A stretch of DNA of 64,000 nt from Octopus vulgaris (GCA_951406725.2 OX597821.1:44330001-44394000), one strand, 5' to 3'. Positions 42,194 through 55,501 are shown, numbered from the stretch's first letter. Numbers and translations: made by a program. Notes: generated by a model not told the origin, from the letters alone.

Positions 42194-43310
42194 TATCACG
42201 TCAGGCTAGAGATGGGAATGATGGTTTCCCTTCACAAATACTGATCGGGCACAGACAGTGTGTCGTTAGCCAACTGGCAGAGATGTTTTCCTGGGGCTAT
42301 AAACTACAGTAGCATCGTCTTAAATGGATCAGGCACATTTAGGTGGCAAATATACTTCACGATATACATCCTTGTAACTTAGTAGTTTGGCAAAAGAAAC
42401 TGATAGAATAATTATTAGGCTTATAAAGACTGAGTACTGGGGTTGATTTGTTTGACTAAAGGCAGTGCTCCAGCATGGCCACAGTCAAATGACTGAAGCA
42501 AGTAAAAGAATAAAAGAATATATGCACATATGCCAGCCTCGTCTGGAACCTGTGTCAGTGGCACATAAAATCACCCACTACACTCTCAGAGTGGTTGGCG
42601 TTAGGAAGAGCATCCAGCTGTAGAAACACTGCCAGATCTGACTGGCCTGGTGCAGCCTTCGGGCTCCCCAGACCCCAGTTGAGCCGTCCAACCCATGCTA
42701 GCATCGAAAGCGGACGTTAAACGATGATGATGATGATGATGATGCATATGTGTATGTACATACATGCACAACCATTACAAGATATCAAAGTATGCATACA
42801 TGCATACACACACACACATACACACACACACGTATGTATATGATGGCCTGCTGTGTAAAAGATACTTGGCTCAGGAACTGAACCCAAGACCGCATAGCTA
42901 GCTTTTTAACCACACATCCATACCTGCATCTTTTTAGTAATATACATACATACATACATACATATACACACACATACAAATGCACACATATACACACATA
43001 CACATGCACACACACATACTCTTTCTCTATTGGCAAGAAATCTTGAAATAAAACTGAACAATGACATACATACATACGTATGTACATACATATATGTTTA
43101 TATATATATATATACTTTGGTATTTGAGTACTCTTTTTTCCACCTTCATCATCATCATCATCATCATCATCATCGTTTAACGTCCGTTCTCCATGCTAGC
43201 ATGGGTTGGACGGTTCGACCGGGAATCTGAGAAGCCAGAAGGCTGTACCAGGCTCCGGTCTTATCTGGCAATGTTTCTACAGCTTGTTTCACATTATGTG
43301 TTTACTCCGG

Positions 43311-43349
<39 letters not shown>

Positions 43350-44130
43350 ATGTATATATATATACAGTAGCTACTTTCTCAAATGTGAGCAAAACAATTG
43401 CAAGAAAAAATCATTGCAATCATTGAAACGAGTCGTTGATGATGCAATGTGAGGCCCTTGTATGACTCTTGAGCCCAGCCAAAGATTTGCACATTCTATT
43501 GCATAATGCTGACAGAGGGAGCAGGTACCACAGTATGAATTCTTTTGGCAATGCTTTTTTCAATCCTCAAACTGAAAGGCACACCTTTCCACAGGCTGCT
43601 CATGTTCTCTTGTAAACAATAGGGTTTACAAGGGGTTGATTCCAGTGTGTTCTCTGATGGGAGACCAGGCCTGCATGACTCAATATATATATATGTATGT
43701 ATTGATATTTCACTTAGGCATACAATACTAATAATCTGATGGACCTGGAGTTTTCTCTACCTGTATATTCTTAATTATTTCACCTATCATACTGCTGCTT
43801 ACCAGAAAGATCAGTCCTTCTCTTGGAACCAATCTGGGAAATCATTTCCATATTTCACAACCTTTTATATTAGCACTTCCACGTATCTGTTTACTAATAT
43901 GCATCATCATTGTCTCAACATCCTCATTTCCATGCTTATATGTCAGATATAATTTGTTGAGGCAGATTTCCTATGGCTGGATGCCTTTTTTGTCACCTAC
44001 CTTCACCTGATTCCAAGTAATGTAATATATCCCAGGCATATTTTTTGCAGAAGACTGAACATGAACAGCCTCACCTGCTAATATTTGCTTACAACCATCA
44101 CGTTATTAAAACAAAGTACATATACATGCA

Positions 44131-44185
<55 letters not shown>

Positions 44186-46219
44186 ATGTATATATGATGG
44201 CCTGCTGTGTAAAAGATACTTGGCTCAGGAACTGAACCCAAGAACGTATAACTAGCTTTTTAACCACACATCCATACCTGCACCTTTTTTGCTAATATAC
44301 ATACTTACATACACACATACATACATACATACATACATACATACATACATACATACATACATACATACACATGCACATACACACACTCACACATATACAC
44401 ACACATGAACTCAGACATACATATGTATGCATGTATTTATGTATGTATACATGCATATATATATGTATACAAGCATGTGTGTATGTTTGTATTTTAATAC
44501 ATACTCACATTGGTACATTTCCCAAAGATGCTATCAGGCAGAAGTGCTTAGAATTCTGTATCCACAGACTGCCAGTAAATAACTAAATATGAAATTCCAT
44601 TAATTTCCATTAAATTCCATAGACTGTCATGTGAAGAATGTTTCTGTAAAATTGGACATTTGCTTCCATATTTCAGACACTGGCAAAGGAAAAGTATATT
44701 TTTATATTGATTTCTTACTTAGGTACCACACTGCATCTTTGTAGAAGAGGGAGAGAGGCAATTATATTGATTCTAGAACATGTCTGATACTTGTCTTATT
44801 GATTTTTGATAGATTGGTAGCCAACATTGATGATGGCTAAAATTTGAACTCAAAACCAAGTGAAAACTATGTACCGTGTCTTTTCTGGCAAGCACTCATT
44901 CCATATTTTGAATATTTTATAGTAAGGAAGTTGCAGAAATGGTTGTGTGCTAGAAGACTAAAATACTCCCTAGAACGTCTATATTCTTGGCTCAAATCTT
45001 CATTGCTCCAGAATTGATGAGACAAACTTTCTTCCAGTATGATGCTGATGTCTGATTCAATCAATAGGCTATAATCTTCCTTTATAGAATATTGGTTTTT
45101 TTGTTTTTTTTTATCTAAGTGAGAAATCAATACCAATTATAAAAGATGGTGTTTTGAGTTTTATTCCAACCACCAAAAGTAATATTATATGAAGTTATAG
45201 TATAATAAAGTAAATAAATATGATATTAATAATATAATATCACATATCAAATTTCTGTTTTATGACACCAAATCCTGTATCAGTTATATTTCTTATATAA
45301 CTGATTGTGGTATAATAATCATTGTTTATAATGATAAATTATTAATATATGGCAATTTTCTTTGCTAATTATTCACCTTAACATAAACAAAATGTCATTT
45401 TAAAAATACCTTATTTTAAAAAATTATATCCATATATATATATATATATATATATGGCCGTGTGGTAAGAAGTTTGCTTCCTACCATGTGATCGTGTGAC
45501 ACCTTGAGCAGGTGTGTTTCACTATAGTATCAGACCAGAAGCCTGCCATATATACATATGGGGGGAGATGTATGTGTGTGTCCACCCCAACCACCACTTG
45601 GCAACCAGTGACGGTATGTTTACATCCCTGTAACATAGTGGTTAGACAAAACAGACCAACATAATAAGTACTAGGCTTTAAAAAATAGGTCCCAGGGTTG
45701 ATACATTCAACATGAAAATTCTTCAAAGTAGTGCATGGTTGCAGTCTAATGACTGAAACAAGGAAAAGACAAAAGATAAAAGATCTCTAGGGCTAATTCT
45801 TAACTCCAGGTTTACTTGTGTTAAGTGGCTGAGAGTTAAACATCACCCTGGATAGGATACTAGTCAGTGACAGACAACTTTTCTATAAATAAGTGAACTG
45901 ACATAATGAAGATGATTTGAATTTTCTTCATCAAAAAAACAAATAAATATCTATATGGATGTTTAACACTCAATAAAGTCGTTTTGGTAGTTGTGTTTAT
46001 AGGTACAGGCATTGTTGTGTGTTTAAGAAGTTTATTTCCCAACAACATGGTTCTGGGTTCAGTCCCACTGCATGGTACATTGGGCAGTTTCCATCTACCA
46101 AGTTACCTTTTTCTGAGGTGACTTGCTAGATGGAAACTGATAGAAACTAGTCAAATATATATATATATATATATATATACATTTGTACACATATATGTAT
46201 GTATGTATTCATATATATG

Positions 46220-46266
<47 letters not shown>

Positions 46267-46308
46267 ACACATATATGTATGTATGTATTCATATATATGT
46301 ATGTAATG

Positions 46309-46340
<32 letters not shown>

Positions 46341-46396
46341 TTTATATATATCTGTGTGTATGTTTGTATCTCCTTGCCTTGACATTGTGCTATAGT

Positions 46397-47673
46397 TACA
46401 CAAGGTGTAACTGAAACATTCTCTGTGAGACAAGCCTGTTGTAGCTCGGGCTTTTGCTGCTAGAAGCCATTTGATGCAATCCTCAGGTATAAGCCTGCTG
46501 ACCAGTGTTGTTCTGTTAAGTCGTCACATGGTGTGTCTTTGTTTTGCAATAATTTTCCCCCATTTGTCAATTTTTGTGATGGTTGAAACAAAGGAACAAC
46601 GTGCTTCCATGAAATTCTGTATTGTGCTGGGGAAAACGGCAGCCAAAACAGTTGTCAAACTTCAAACAACTTACAAGGGTAATGCCATGAGTAAAACGCA
46701 AATTTACAAGTGGTTTTCATGCTTTAGGGATGGTCACTTGTTGTTTGAATACCAACGTCGTTCAGAGTGACCATCAACATCCTGAACGAATAAAAACATC
46801 TTGGAAGGCTGTCACCAAACAATTGACGAACTTGTTGATATGACTGGTGTGTCCTGGAGCTCCTGCCAACAAATTTGGGGTGAAGAATTGTGAATGAAAA
46901 GAGTTGCAGCAAAATTTGTGCCTCACTTGCTCACAGAAGATCAAAAGTAGTCACAATTGAATATATATCATGAACTAAAAGAACAGTAGGAAGTTGATCA
47001 AGACTTTTTTCAAAAAGCATCACTGGTGATGAAAGCTGGTGCTATAGCTACGACCCAGAAATGAAGCAGCAATCAAGTCAATGGAAGCATTTGATGTCAT
47101 CATGCCACAGAAAAGTACATCAAATGAAGTACAGTATCAGGACGATGCCTTTTTGTTCATCGATACAAAAGGAATTGTCCACATAGAATTTGTTCCTCCT
47201 GGTCAATTTGTTAACTAGACATTTTACTTGGAAGTTCTGAAGCATTTGTGAGACACAGTGAGATGACAATACCCCGAACTGTGGCAAAGTGGAGAGTGGT
47301 TGTTTCATCACGACAATGTACCTGTGCACACCACCTTGAGTGTGAGGTAGTTTTTAACCAAAAATGGCATGACCCCACTTACCCACTTGATCTTGCACCC
47401 AGTGATGCTTTTTTTTTTTGTTTCCCCAAATGGAAAAAGTCCTTAAAAGAAAACGTTTTGCAGATGTGGAAGAGATGAAGAAAACAACAACAGAGGCATT
47501 AAAAGGCATCACTTCACAACAGCTCAAGGACTGCTTTGAACAGTGGAAAATGCATCTAGACCAATACATTGCTTCAAATGGATAATACTTTGAAGGTTGT
47601 AATAGTGTAAACATGTAAAACTAAGTGGATAAAATTATATTGCAATATTCCGGTTTCTTTGGGGTACCCCTCA
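46397..47673 (+). mobile_element. mariner (DD34D) transposon, decayed transposase pseudogene
   Basis: MVETKEQRASMKFCIVLGKTAAKT..IYKWFSCFRDG, ITGDESWCYSYDPEMKQQSSQWK, HHDN, LDLAPSD, ..CFEQWK..NG*YFEG with stops and frameshifts. Right end GGGGTACCCCTCA|TA; left boundary uncertain. Confidence 0.9.
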
Positions 47674-48207
47674 TAAATAAGTGTTACTGTTCATAAATAC
47701 AGTAATGTTTATTTCCAATATTCTGCAAATATCTGACCATTAGGAAATATTACCTTGCTTGGAAGCAGGTAAGGGTTGGTAGCAAGAAGGGCAATCAGAC
47801 TCAATAAACATCAAATGACTCATGCAAGTATGGAAAAAGTGGTTGTTGAAATGATGATGATGGTGGTGGCAGCGGCAGTGGTAACAGCAGTGGTGGTGAT
47901 TTTGGAGATGATGATGATGTCTAATCACAAAAAGCAAATACATTTAACTTTGCCATCTCTGTTCATCCAGCAGTGAACAATACAATAAGTTACATTGAGT
48001 TCTCACCTCCAGAGAGAATCTTAAATAATTAATTACTGTTTTGTAAGCCCATATGGCTGGGTTCAGATTTTCCTAAAAAGATGAAGACCAACAATAGTGA
48101 TACTGTTGAGGCCTAACCAAAGCAACTTTCTCTTCCAATAAATCCTCTCAAGCAACAATCAACCCATCACTTTATTCACTCACTCATAAATTTCCTTTCA
48201 ACGTTTT

Positions 48208-48625
48208 CATCATCATCATCATCATCGTTTAGCGTCCGTTTTCCATGCTAGCATGGGTTGGACGGTTCTACTGGGGTCTGTGAAGCCAGAAGGTTTCATC
48301 AGGCCCAGTCAAATCTGGCAGTGTTTCTACGGCTGGATGCCCTTCCTAACGCCAACCACTCCGTGAGTGTAGTGGGTGCTTTTTACGTGCCACCCGCACA
48401 GGTGCCAGAAAGAGCTGGCAAACGGCCACGAACGGATGGTGCTTTTTATGTGCCACCGGCACGAGGGCCAGGCGAGGCTGGCAATGGACACAAACGGATG
48501 GTGCTTTTTACGTGCTATCAGCACGAAGCCAGTCGGGGTGGTGCTGGCAACAGTCGCGAAACAGAAGGTTCTCTTACATGCCACCGGCACTGGTAACACA
48601 TCTGCAATTTCCATTCTGATCCTCT
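48208..48625 (-). mobile_element. RTE LINE 3' UTR/tail copy
   Basis: Reverse complement of about 11950-12320; ends about 75 nt before the exon 3 acceptor. Confidence 0.85.
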
Positions 48626-48699
48626 GATTATTCTTAAAATGAATAATGTATAACAGTTAAAACTGGAGCCATAATATTGTAATTTCTATATTTTTACAG

Positions 48700-48779
48700 A
48701 TTTATTGTTGGACATGACAATCAGAAAAAAGACGGTGGCTTTAAATTAGCATGGGCAGCTGTTAAAACAGCAGAAGATG
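48700..48779 (+). CDS. Exon of CUB + LDLa protein; C-terminal end of CUB domain
   Basis: tttttacag acceptor and gtaaat donor at 48780; phase 2/1 (AG+A=R). Translates RFIVGHDNQKKDGGFKLAWAAVKTAED, containing the terminal CUB GFxxxW/Y motif. Confidence 0.9.
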
Positions 48780-48851
48780 GTAAATATGAAACTCCTTTAT
48801 CTTTAAACAATAATAAATCTCTGAACGAGATATAAACAGTAACCGCTCGAC

Positions 48852-49123
48852 AACGTAAGGGGTATCAGCCATCTGAATGTGGCTAGCCACTGGGGGGGGG
48901 GTTACTGATGCTTTTAGCCCCAGGCGATCAACGTCACCAGAAGGACTTTAGACACTATCTCAGTGTCCTTGTGTTGTTTGCAAAGGGAGGTCATCCAACA
49001 CAAGGACACTGAGATAGTGTCTAAAGTCCTTCTGGTGACGTTGATCGCCTGGGGCTAAAAGCATCAGTAACACCCCCACTCCCAGTGGCTAGCCACATTC
49101 AGATGGCTGATACCCCTTACGTT
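48852..49123. repeat. Near-perfect inverted repeat (125/128-bp arms, 19-nt loop), Penelope-pLTR-derived
   Basis: 48852-48976 pairs with 48996-49123; the only differences are in one G-run. Preceded by CAATAATAAATCTCTGAACGAGA, also seen at 41705. Confidence 0.92.
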
Positions 49124-50300
49124 TACTTTATCGTTGTTAAACAGAAAATTTTGATAGAAAAATTTTGGTTAAAGCTTTTACCCAACAATACCTGGATTTA
49201 TTCTTTCTCCTAATATCCATTATGCAAAAACTTTAAAACCTAGTACCTAGCAATGGGTATTATTTTCCTATGCTTTATCTAGCCATATGTGGATGTATTA
49301 TGCCAATCCACATAGTCTGTTTATTACCCAACACATACCAGCATATATTCTCTCTTCTCTATCAGCCTATTCTGTTTTAATGACAATAGCTCATACCATT
49401 GCAATCTCCACTTCGCATAGTAATTGAATTTATCAAACTGTTCTACCAAACTCCCCTACAAGTTTACTTTATGGAGTGTACTGGTGCTTTTTTTTTTTTT
49501 TCATAACATTGACACTACTGTGGTCAGCAAATAACTTACAAGACAAAGAAATAAGCAAGAATCCAACTGGGATTTTAGTAGAGGAGGAGGTAACCTTATA
49601 CTAGGTGTTGAGAGACTTAAATATGATTGAGGGACAGGTACAAGTGTCTTGCTAGAGAAGAGATACATGGGTACCCTGTGTTATATAAGATTGGATGGGG
49701 ATAATTGGGAAGAAGATAAAGAGGTTGCTCATGAGGTGTCAGAGCATGTGAGTAGATGAGAGAATGTAGACTGAGGTGGAAAAGTGAAAGTGGATAAGTT
49801 CATAGAGGTGGTTAGAGTTGGGGGTAAAATTTAATATCTAGAATAATGTACAAAGGGAAAGGCTGTGGTCAACAGTAAATGTTTGTACAATGTGTGTGCG
49901 TGCATGTGTGCATGTGTTTGTGTGTATGTGTGTATGTGTGTGTGTGTGTGTGTTTGTATGTGTGTGTGTGTGTAATCTAAGAATCCATATCTCAGAAATA
50001 TAGGCACTTGTATATTTGTCAATAGAGTGGGGTATATTAATCAAACTATGCAGTATTATATAACCATTACAGCTGATCTTACCAATTGGCTTATACACTA
50101 GATATTCAGTAATCAGATGATTATATCATTCCTGTGCTCATCCGAGATGCCAGTTAGAGGGGTAAATGGCCATTTTTTTCCATACCTGCCATCTCTGACA
50201 AGCACAGTTATTAGATAATTGTCTGATCACCAAATAAACAATGTGAAACTGATATGTAAGATCAGCTGTAATGGATCCATAATACAGTATACTTTGATTA

Positions 50301-50302
<2 letters not shown>

Positions 50303-50331
<29 letters not shown>

Positions 50332-51178
50332 TGTATGTATGTATGTATGTATGTATCTATGTATGTATGTATGTATATATGAATGTATGCATGTATGTAT
50401 ATGTATGTATGTGTGTGTGTATGTATGTATGTATGTATGTACGTATGTATGTATGTATGTATGTATGTATGTATGTATGCATGTGTGTGTGTATGTATGT
50501 ATGTATGTATGTATGTATGTATGAATGTATGCATGTATGTATATGTATGTATGTGTGTGTGTATGTATGTATGTATGTATGTATGTACGTATGTATGTAT
50601 GTATGCATGTATGTGGTGTATGTATGTATGTATGTATGTATGTATGCATGTATGTATATGTATGTATGTGTGTGTGTATGTATGTATGTATATATGTATG
50701 TATGCATGTATGTATATGTATGTATGTGTGTATGTATGTATGCATGTATGTACGTGTATGTATGTATGTATGTATGTATGTATGAATGTGTGTATGTGTG
50801 TATGTATGTATGCATGTATGTGTGTATGTGTGTATGCGTGTGTGTGTATGTATGTATGTATGTATGTATGTATGTATATATGTATGTATGCATGTATGTA
50901 TATGTATGTATGTGTGTGTATGTATGTATGTATATATGTATGTATGCATGTATGTATATGTATGTATGTGTGTATGTATGTATGCATGTATGTACGTGTA
51001 TGTATGTATGTATGTATGTATGTATGTATGAATGTGTGTATGTATGTATGTATGCATGTATGTGTGTATGTGTGTATGTGTGTGTGTGTATGTATGTATG
51101 TATGTATGTATGTATGTATGTATGTGTGTATGTGTGTATGCATGTATGTATGTATGTATGTATGTATGTGTGTACGTA
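50303..51178. repeat. Compound (TATG)n/(TG)n satellite
   Basis: About 875 bp of TATG variants with recurring cassettes (GAATGTATGCATGTATGTATATG); source of the HTYI/MYVC pseudo-ORFs. Confidence 0.95.
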
Positions 51179-51299
51179 TATAAAAATATATTCATGCAGG
51201 CTTTATATTGACTACATCATACACTAAAAGTTTGCCATTATAACTGATCATTACTGAGTCCAAATAGTTCTAAGTTGAAGCTTTAAATATGTATTTCAG

Positions 51300-51455
51300 G
51301 TCCATGCATGGGATTTCTCTGTCAAGGGGCAAAAGGCTGTACCCTCAGTGGAAGCCCTGAATGTGAGAATATCCCACAATATTGCATTGACAGTTCTTTG
51401 AGGTGCAATAAAATACCAAACTGTGCATCACTTGACAACAGTGATGAAAAGCACT
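51300..51455 (+). CDS. Exon of CUB + LDLa protein; LDL-receptor class A module with insertion
   Basis: tatttcag acceptor and gtaagt donor at 51456; phase 1/1 (G+GT=G). Translates GPCMGFLCQGAKGCTLSGSPECENIPQYCIDSSLRCNKIPNCASLDNSDEKH(C), with LDLa FxC..CIxxxxxCNxxxNCxxxDxSDExxC. The last Cys needs the next exon, which was not located. Confidence 0.92.
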
Positions 51456-52084
51456 GTAAGTTCATATTTTTGTTGTTTACCATTTTAGACAAATACATTT
51501 TACTGTGGCATTGTTTTATAGCTGTATGCTCTTCCTGATGCTAACCCTTACTTGTTTTTCAACTAAGGGAGTTTTCATTCCACTTGTCTTTGTTGATAGG
51601 GAAATGTCAACAAAGCTTTAAATTTTTTATCATATATATATATGTATATACATGTGTATGTGTATGTTTGTGTGTGTGTAATAACGTATATGTTTACGTA
51701 TATTTATGTATATGTGTGTACATATACATATATATGTATGTATGTGTGTGTGTATACATCCATGTGTATGTGCATGTATATGTAAAACATTTGAACTGTC
51801 CTAATTTCCTATTGCTGTGAAGCTTATTGATGACTTGAAATTTCATGATGTAATTTTGCTATGAAACCTTTTTAACATTTGACTTTTGAGCATGTTTTAT
51901 CACAATGGAACTTTTTCCTATGCATTCTCTTTCTTTTAAAATTTTATCGTATTTTTATTCACCATTAAAAAAGATACCCTTGTTCAGAATAATATGATAT
52001 TTTGATAAAAAAATTTTATTAATTTTGAAGGAAAAACAATTTATTTTAAAATACAAGTACATTTTCAACCCTCAAACCAATTTT

Positions 52085-52350
52085 TCTGGCCTCCGTGCCG
52101 GTGGCACGTAAAAAGCACCATCCGATCGTGGCCGTTTGCCAGCCTCGTCTGGCACCTGTGCAGGTGGCACATAAAAAGCACCCACTACACTCTCGGAGTG
52201 GTTGGCGTCAGGAAGGGCATCCAGCTGTAGAAACACTGCCAGATCAGACTGGGTCTGGCGCAGCCTCCTGGCTTCCCAAACCCCAGTTGAACCGTCCAAC
52301 CCATGCTAGCATGGAAAACGGACGTTAAACGATGATGATGATGATGATGA
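52085..52350 (+). mobile_element. RTE LINE 3' UTR/tail copy
   Basis: GTGCCGGTGGCACGTAAAAAGCACC units, GGAGTGGTTGGCGTCAGGAAGGGCATCCAGC and a (TGA)n tail. Further copies at ~3420-3605, ~16501-16770, ~26925-27490, ~28156-28485, ~42530-42745 and ~43147-43283. Confidence 0.85.
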
Positions 52351-52569
52351 TACAAGGCTGTGGAGGTAGGAAAGTTGCTTCTCAACCATATGGTTTCAGG
52401 TTCAGTCCCACACATTGCACCTGGGGCAAGTGTCTTCTGCTTTGTAATCGAATTTGGTAGACAGAAGTCCCTATCATGTGTATATGTGTATGAGAAAGTG
52501 CTTGTGCCTCCTTGAATGGATAGGATGGAAGACATCTATCTCTCTGTCTATCTATCAATCACTCTCTCC

Positions 52570-52603
<34 letters not shown>

Positions 52604-53044
52604 CAGCTTGACCAAGCTTTATGCAGTTCATCAATTTTACTATATGCTGTTCTTTAATAATAAGAACTAACATTTTTATAGGTCTGTGAAGAATAGATTT
52701 GGTTTTTGAAGCTGATGATGTGTAATGATGGTGTTATTCATAGCCCAATGTGTTTTACATATATTGTCTATGATGATAAATTTCTCTGAAGAATATTTCA
52801 TCAGTAAAAAATCTTCCCACATGAATGTGTATACAAATGTGTTAAAAACTGTACATGCATATAGTTTATTCCATGCTGCTTTTTGCTACTCTATTTTGTT
52901 ATATACATACACACACAAACACATGTATGCCCACACATACATATATAGATATGTATATATATAGAGAGAGAGAGACAGACAGACAGAGGACAAGGATCCT
53001 AAAAGATCCACTTGATCGCTTCTTAAATTGAAAAGTGAAGTTTT

Positions 53045-53190
53045 TAGTTGGTATCCTCATGCCGGAAAATTTGTGTTGGAAACATGGGCTTCCTCACTTT
53101 CTGACTAGTGAACAGAAAACAGGAGTAAACCAACCCTTATCAGACACAACTGGAACTGTTCAAAGCAGCAGCAACTCTGTCTCTCCCAGA
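53045..53190 (+). mobile_element. Small mariner transposase relic
   Basis: RKICV / LPHFLTSEQK across a frameshift resembles the mariner WVPHxLTxxQK linker. Confidence 0.45.
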
Positions 53191-53332
53191 GGAGGTTTTA
53201 CTTCAAAAAAAATTTTATTTCAGGGTATTTTTTCACCATCAAGCTGATTAAGACTTTCTTTTTCCTCCATTTGTAATGCAGTTGTGTCTCTGCAGTCTGT
53301 ATTGCCTGTATTACTATGTGCAATAAGCTAGT

Positions 53333-53910
<578 letters not shown>

Positions 53911-54364
53911 TCATCCAAATCCAGTTTACAGATGTTGTTCAGCTCTATTTTTCCATCAAGAAAAGTTGCTTTCATTGAATTCATGTATATCACTTCTACT
54001 TTGGCACTATTTCAGTGACAGAATTGGTCTCATATATCTTCAACTCTTCCACCATAACCAAAACCTTCAACTCACAACAGCAGACTTAACAAAGCACTAA
54101 CATATACTAACTATATGTGCTTTTGTTGAAGACTTATCAATAACATAGTCTTAGGACCTGTCAATAATATAGTCTTAGTTCTCTGTATCAAGAAGGAATG
54201 GTCAAATTGGCTCTGCTATCATTTTCTTTTGATCATCAGCTTGTTTCTTTACCTGAGGCTAAACAAGAACAGCCAGCCATGGGTGGGTTGAGGAGGCGGG
54301 GTTGGAATGGAATTATAATGGAAGAAGAAAGTAACATTATATAACAGTGTTACTATTTTACTCA

Positions 54365-54426
54365 ACAGCATCACCATCATGACTATCATCATCAACTTCA
54401 CCATTGTGGCTATCATCATTATCACT

Positions 54427-54469
<43 letters not shown>

Positions 54470-54535
54470 CCATCTCCATCCTCATCATCATCCTCATTAG
54501 CATCATCATTATCATCATCATCATCATCATCATTG

Positions 54536-54590
<55 letters not shown>

Positions 54591-54696
54591 TATCATCATC
54601 ATCTACTTCCTCATCATCATCCTCATTATCATCATCATTATCATCATCGTCATCATCATTGTTGTCAGCGTTGTCATTATCATCATCACCATCATC
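54365..54696. repeat. (CAT)n microsatellite
   Basis: About 330 bp of imperfect CAT repeat; source of the poly-M, poly-I and poly-S ORFs. Confidence 0.95.
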
Positions 54697-55152
54697 TTAA
54701 TAGAGCATTCAATACTTGGTCTGTGAACCCTGATCTCCTCTTCTCTCTGCTACATCTTCCACAGCCATCCTGAGGGCCTATCTCTTTCTCTCTCCCTCCC
54801 TCTCTCCCTTTCACCTCTCTCTCTCTCTCTTTCCCTCTCACTCTCTCTCTCTTTCTCTCTCTCTCTTTCTTTATATATTGCTGGACGTTGTCAACTGTTG
54901 TAAATGTCACATGCACACCACTGACAACATTTACCACTTTAGAACAGCTGGAAGCACTCCGTCATTAGCTACATCTGTGTGTGGGGGGAGGTTGTGCGTG
55001 CAGATCGCTGTATCTTTGTGTCTGTGTCATTATAAATGAGAGACAAAATGAGAGAGAGGAGGTGAGGAAGGGCATCTAGCCATAGAAAAATCTCTCTCGA
55101 TAATCTCTGTCTAGGCTATACAAGCACGAAAAGTGAACATCAAAATGATGCT

Positions 55153-55198
<46 letters not shown>

Positions 55199-55270
55199 TA
55201 TAGGTATATGCGTGTGTGTGTATATGTGTATATATTCATCCAGTATACATGTATATATGCTGTTTAAAAA

Positions 55271-55501
55271 GGTGGTGAGATGGCAGAAACGTTAGCTCGC
55301 CGGGCGAAATGCTTAGCGGTATTTCGTCTGTCGTTACGTTCTGAGTTCAAATTCCGCCGAGGTCGACTTTGCCTTTCATCCTTTCGGGGTCGATAAATAA
55401 AGTACCAGTTACGCACTGGGGTCGATGTAATCGACTTAATCCCTTTGTCTATCCTTGTTTGTCCCCTCTATGTTTAGCCCCTTGTGGGCAATAAAAAAAT
55501 A
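55271..55501 (+). mobile_element. Young full-length tRNA-derived SINE, family B, with 17-bp TSD
   Basis: A-box-like TGGCAGAAACGTTAG, B-box GAGTTCAAATTCC, CpG-rich body, A-rich tail; TSD TATATATGCTGTTTAAA at 55252-55268 and 55502-55518. Confidence 0.9.

Larger units (their letters stand above)
41702..42365. mobile_element. Penelope-type pseudo-LTR cluster in inverted arrangement
   Basis: About 41702-41792 is inverted against about 41973-42064, and about 42145-42365 is an inverted second copy of about 41747-41972. Both long copies contain a minimal hammerhead, as is typical of PLE pLTRs. Confidence 0.75.

Noticed and set aside
50227-51227. Long ORFs of 266-322 aa (HTYI/MYVC repeats)
   Set aside because: Translations of (TATG)n satellite, open in several frames on both strands. 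The same applies to nearly all YI/CV/LS/poly-X ORFs in the track.
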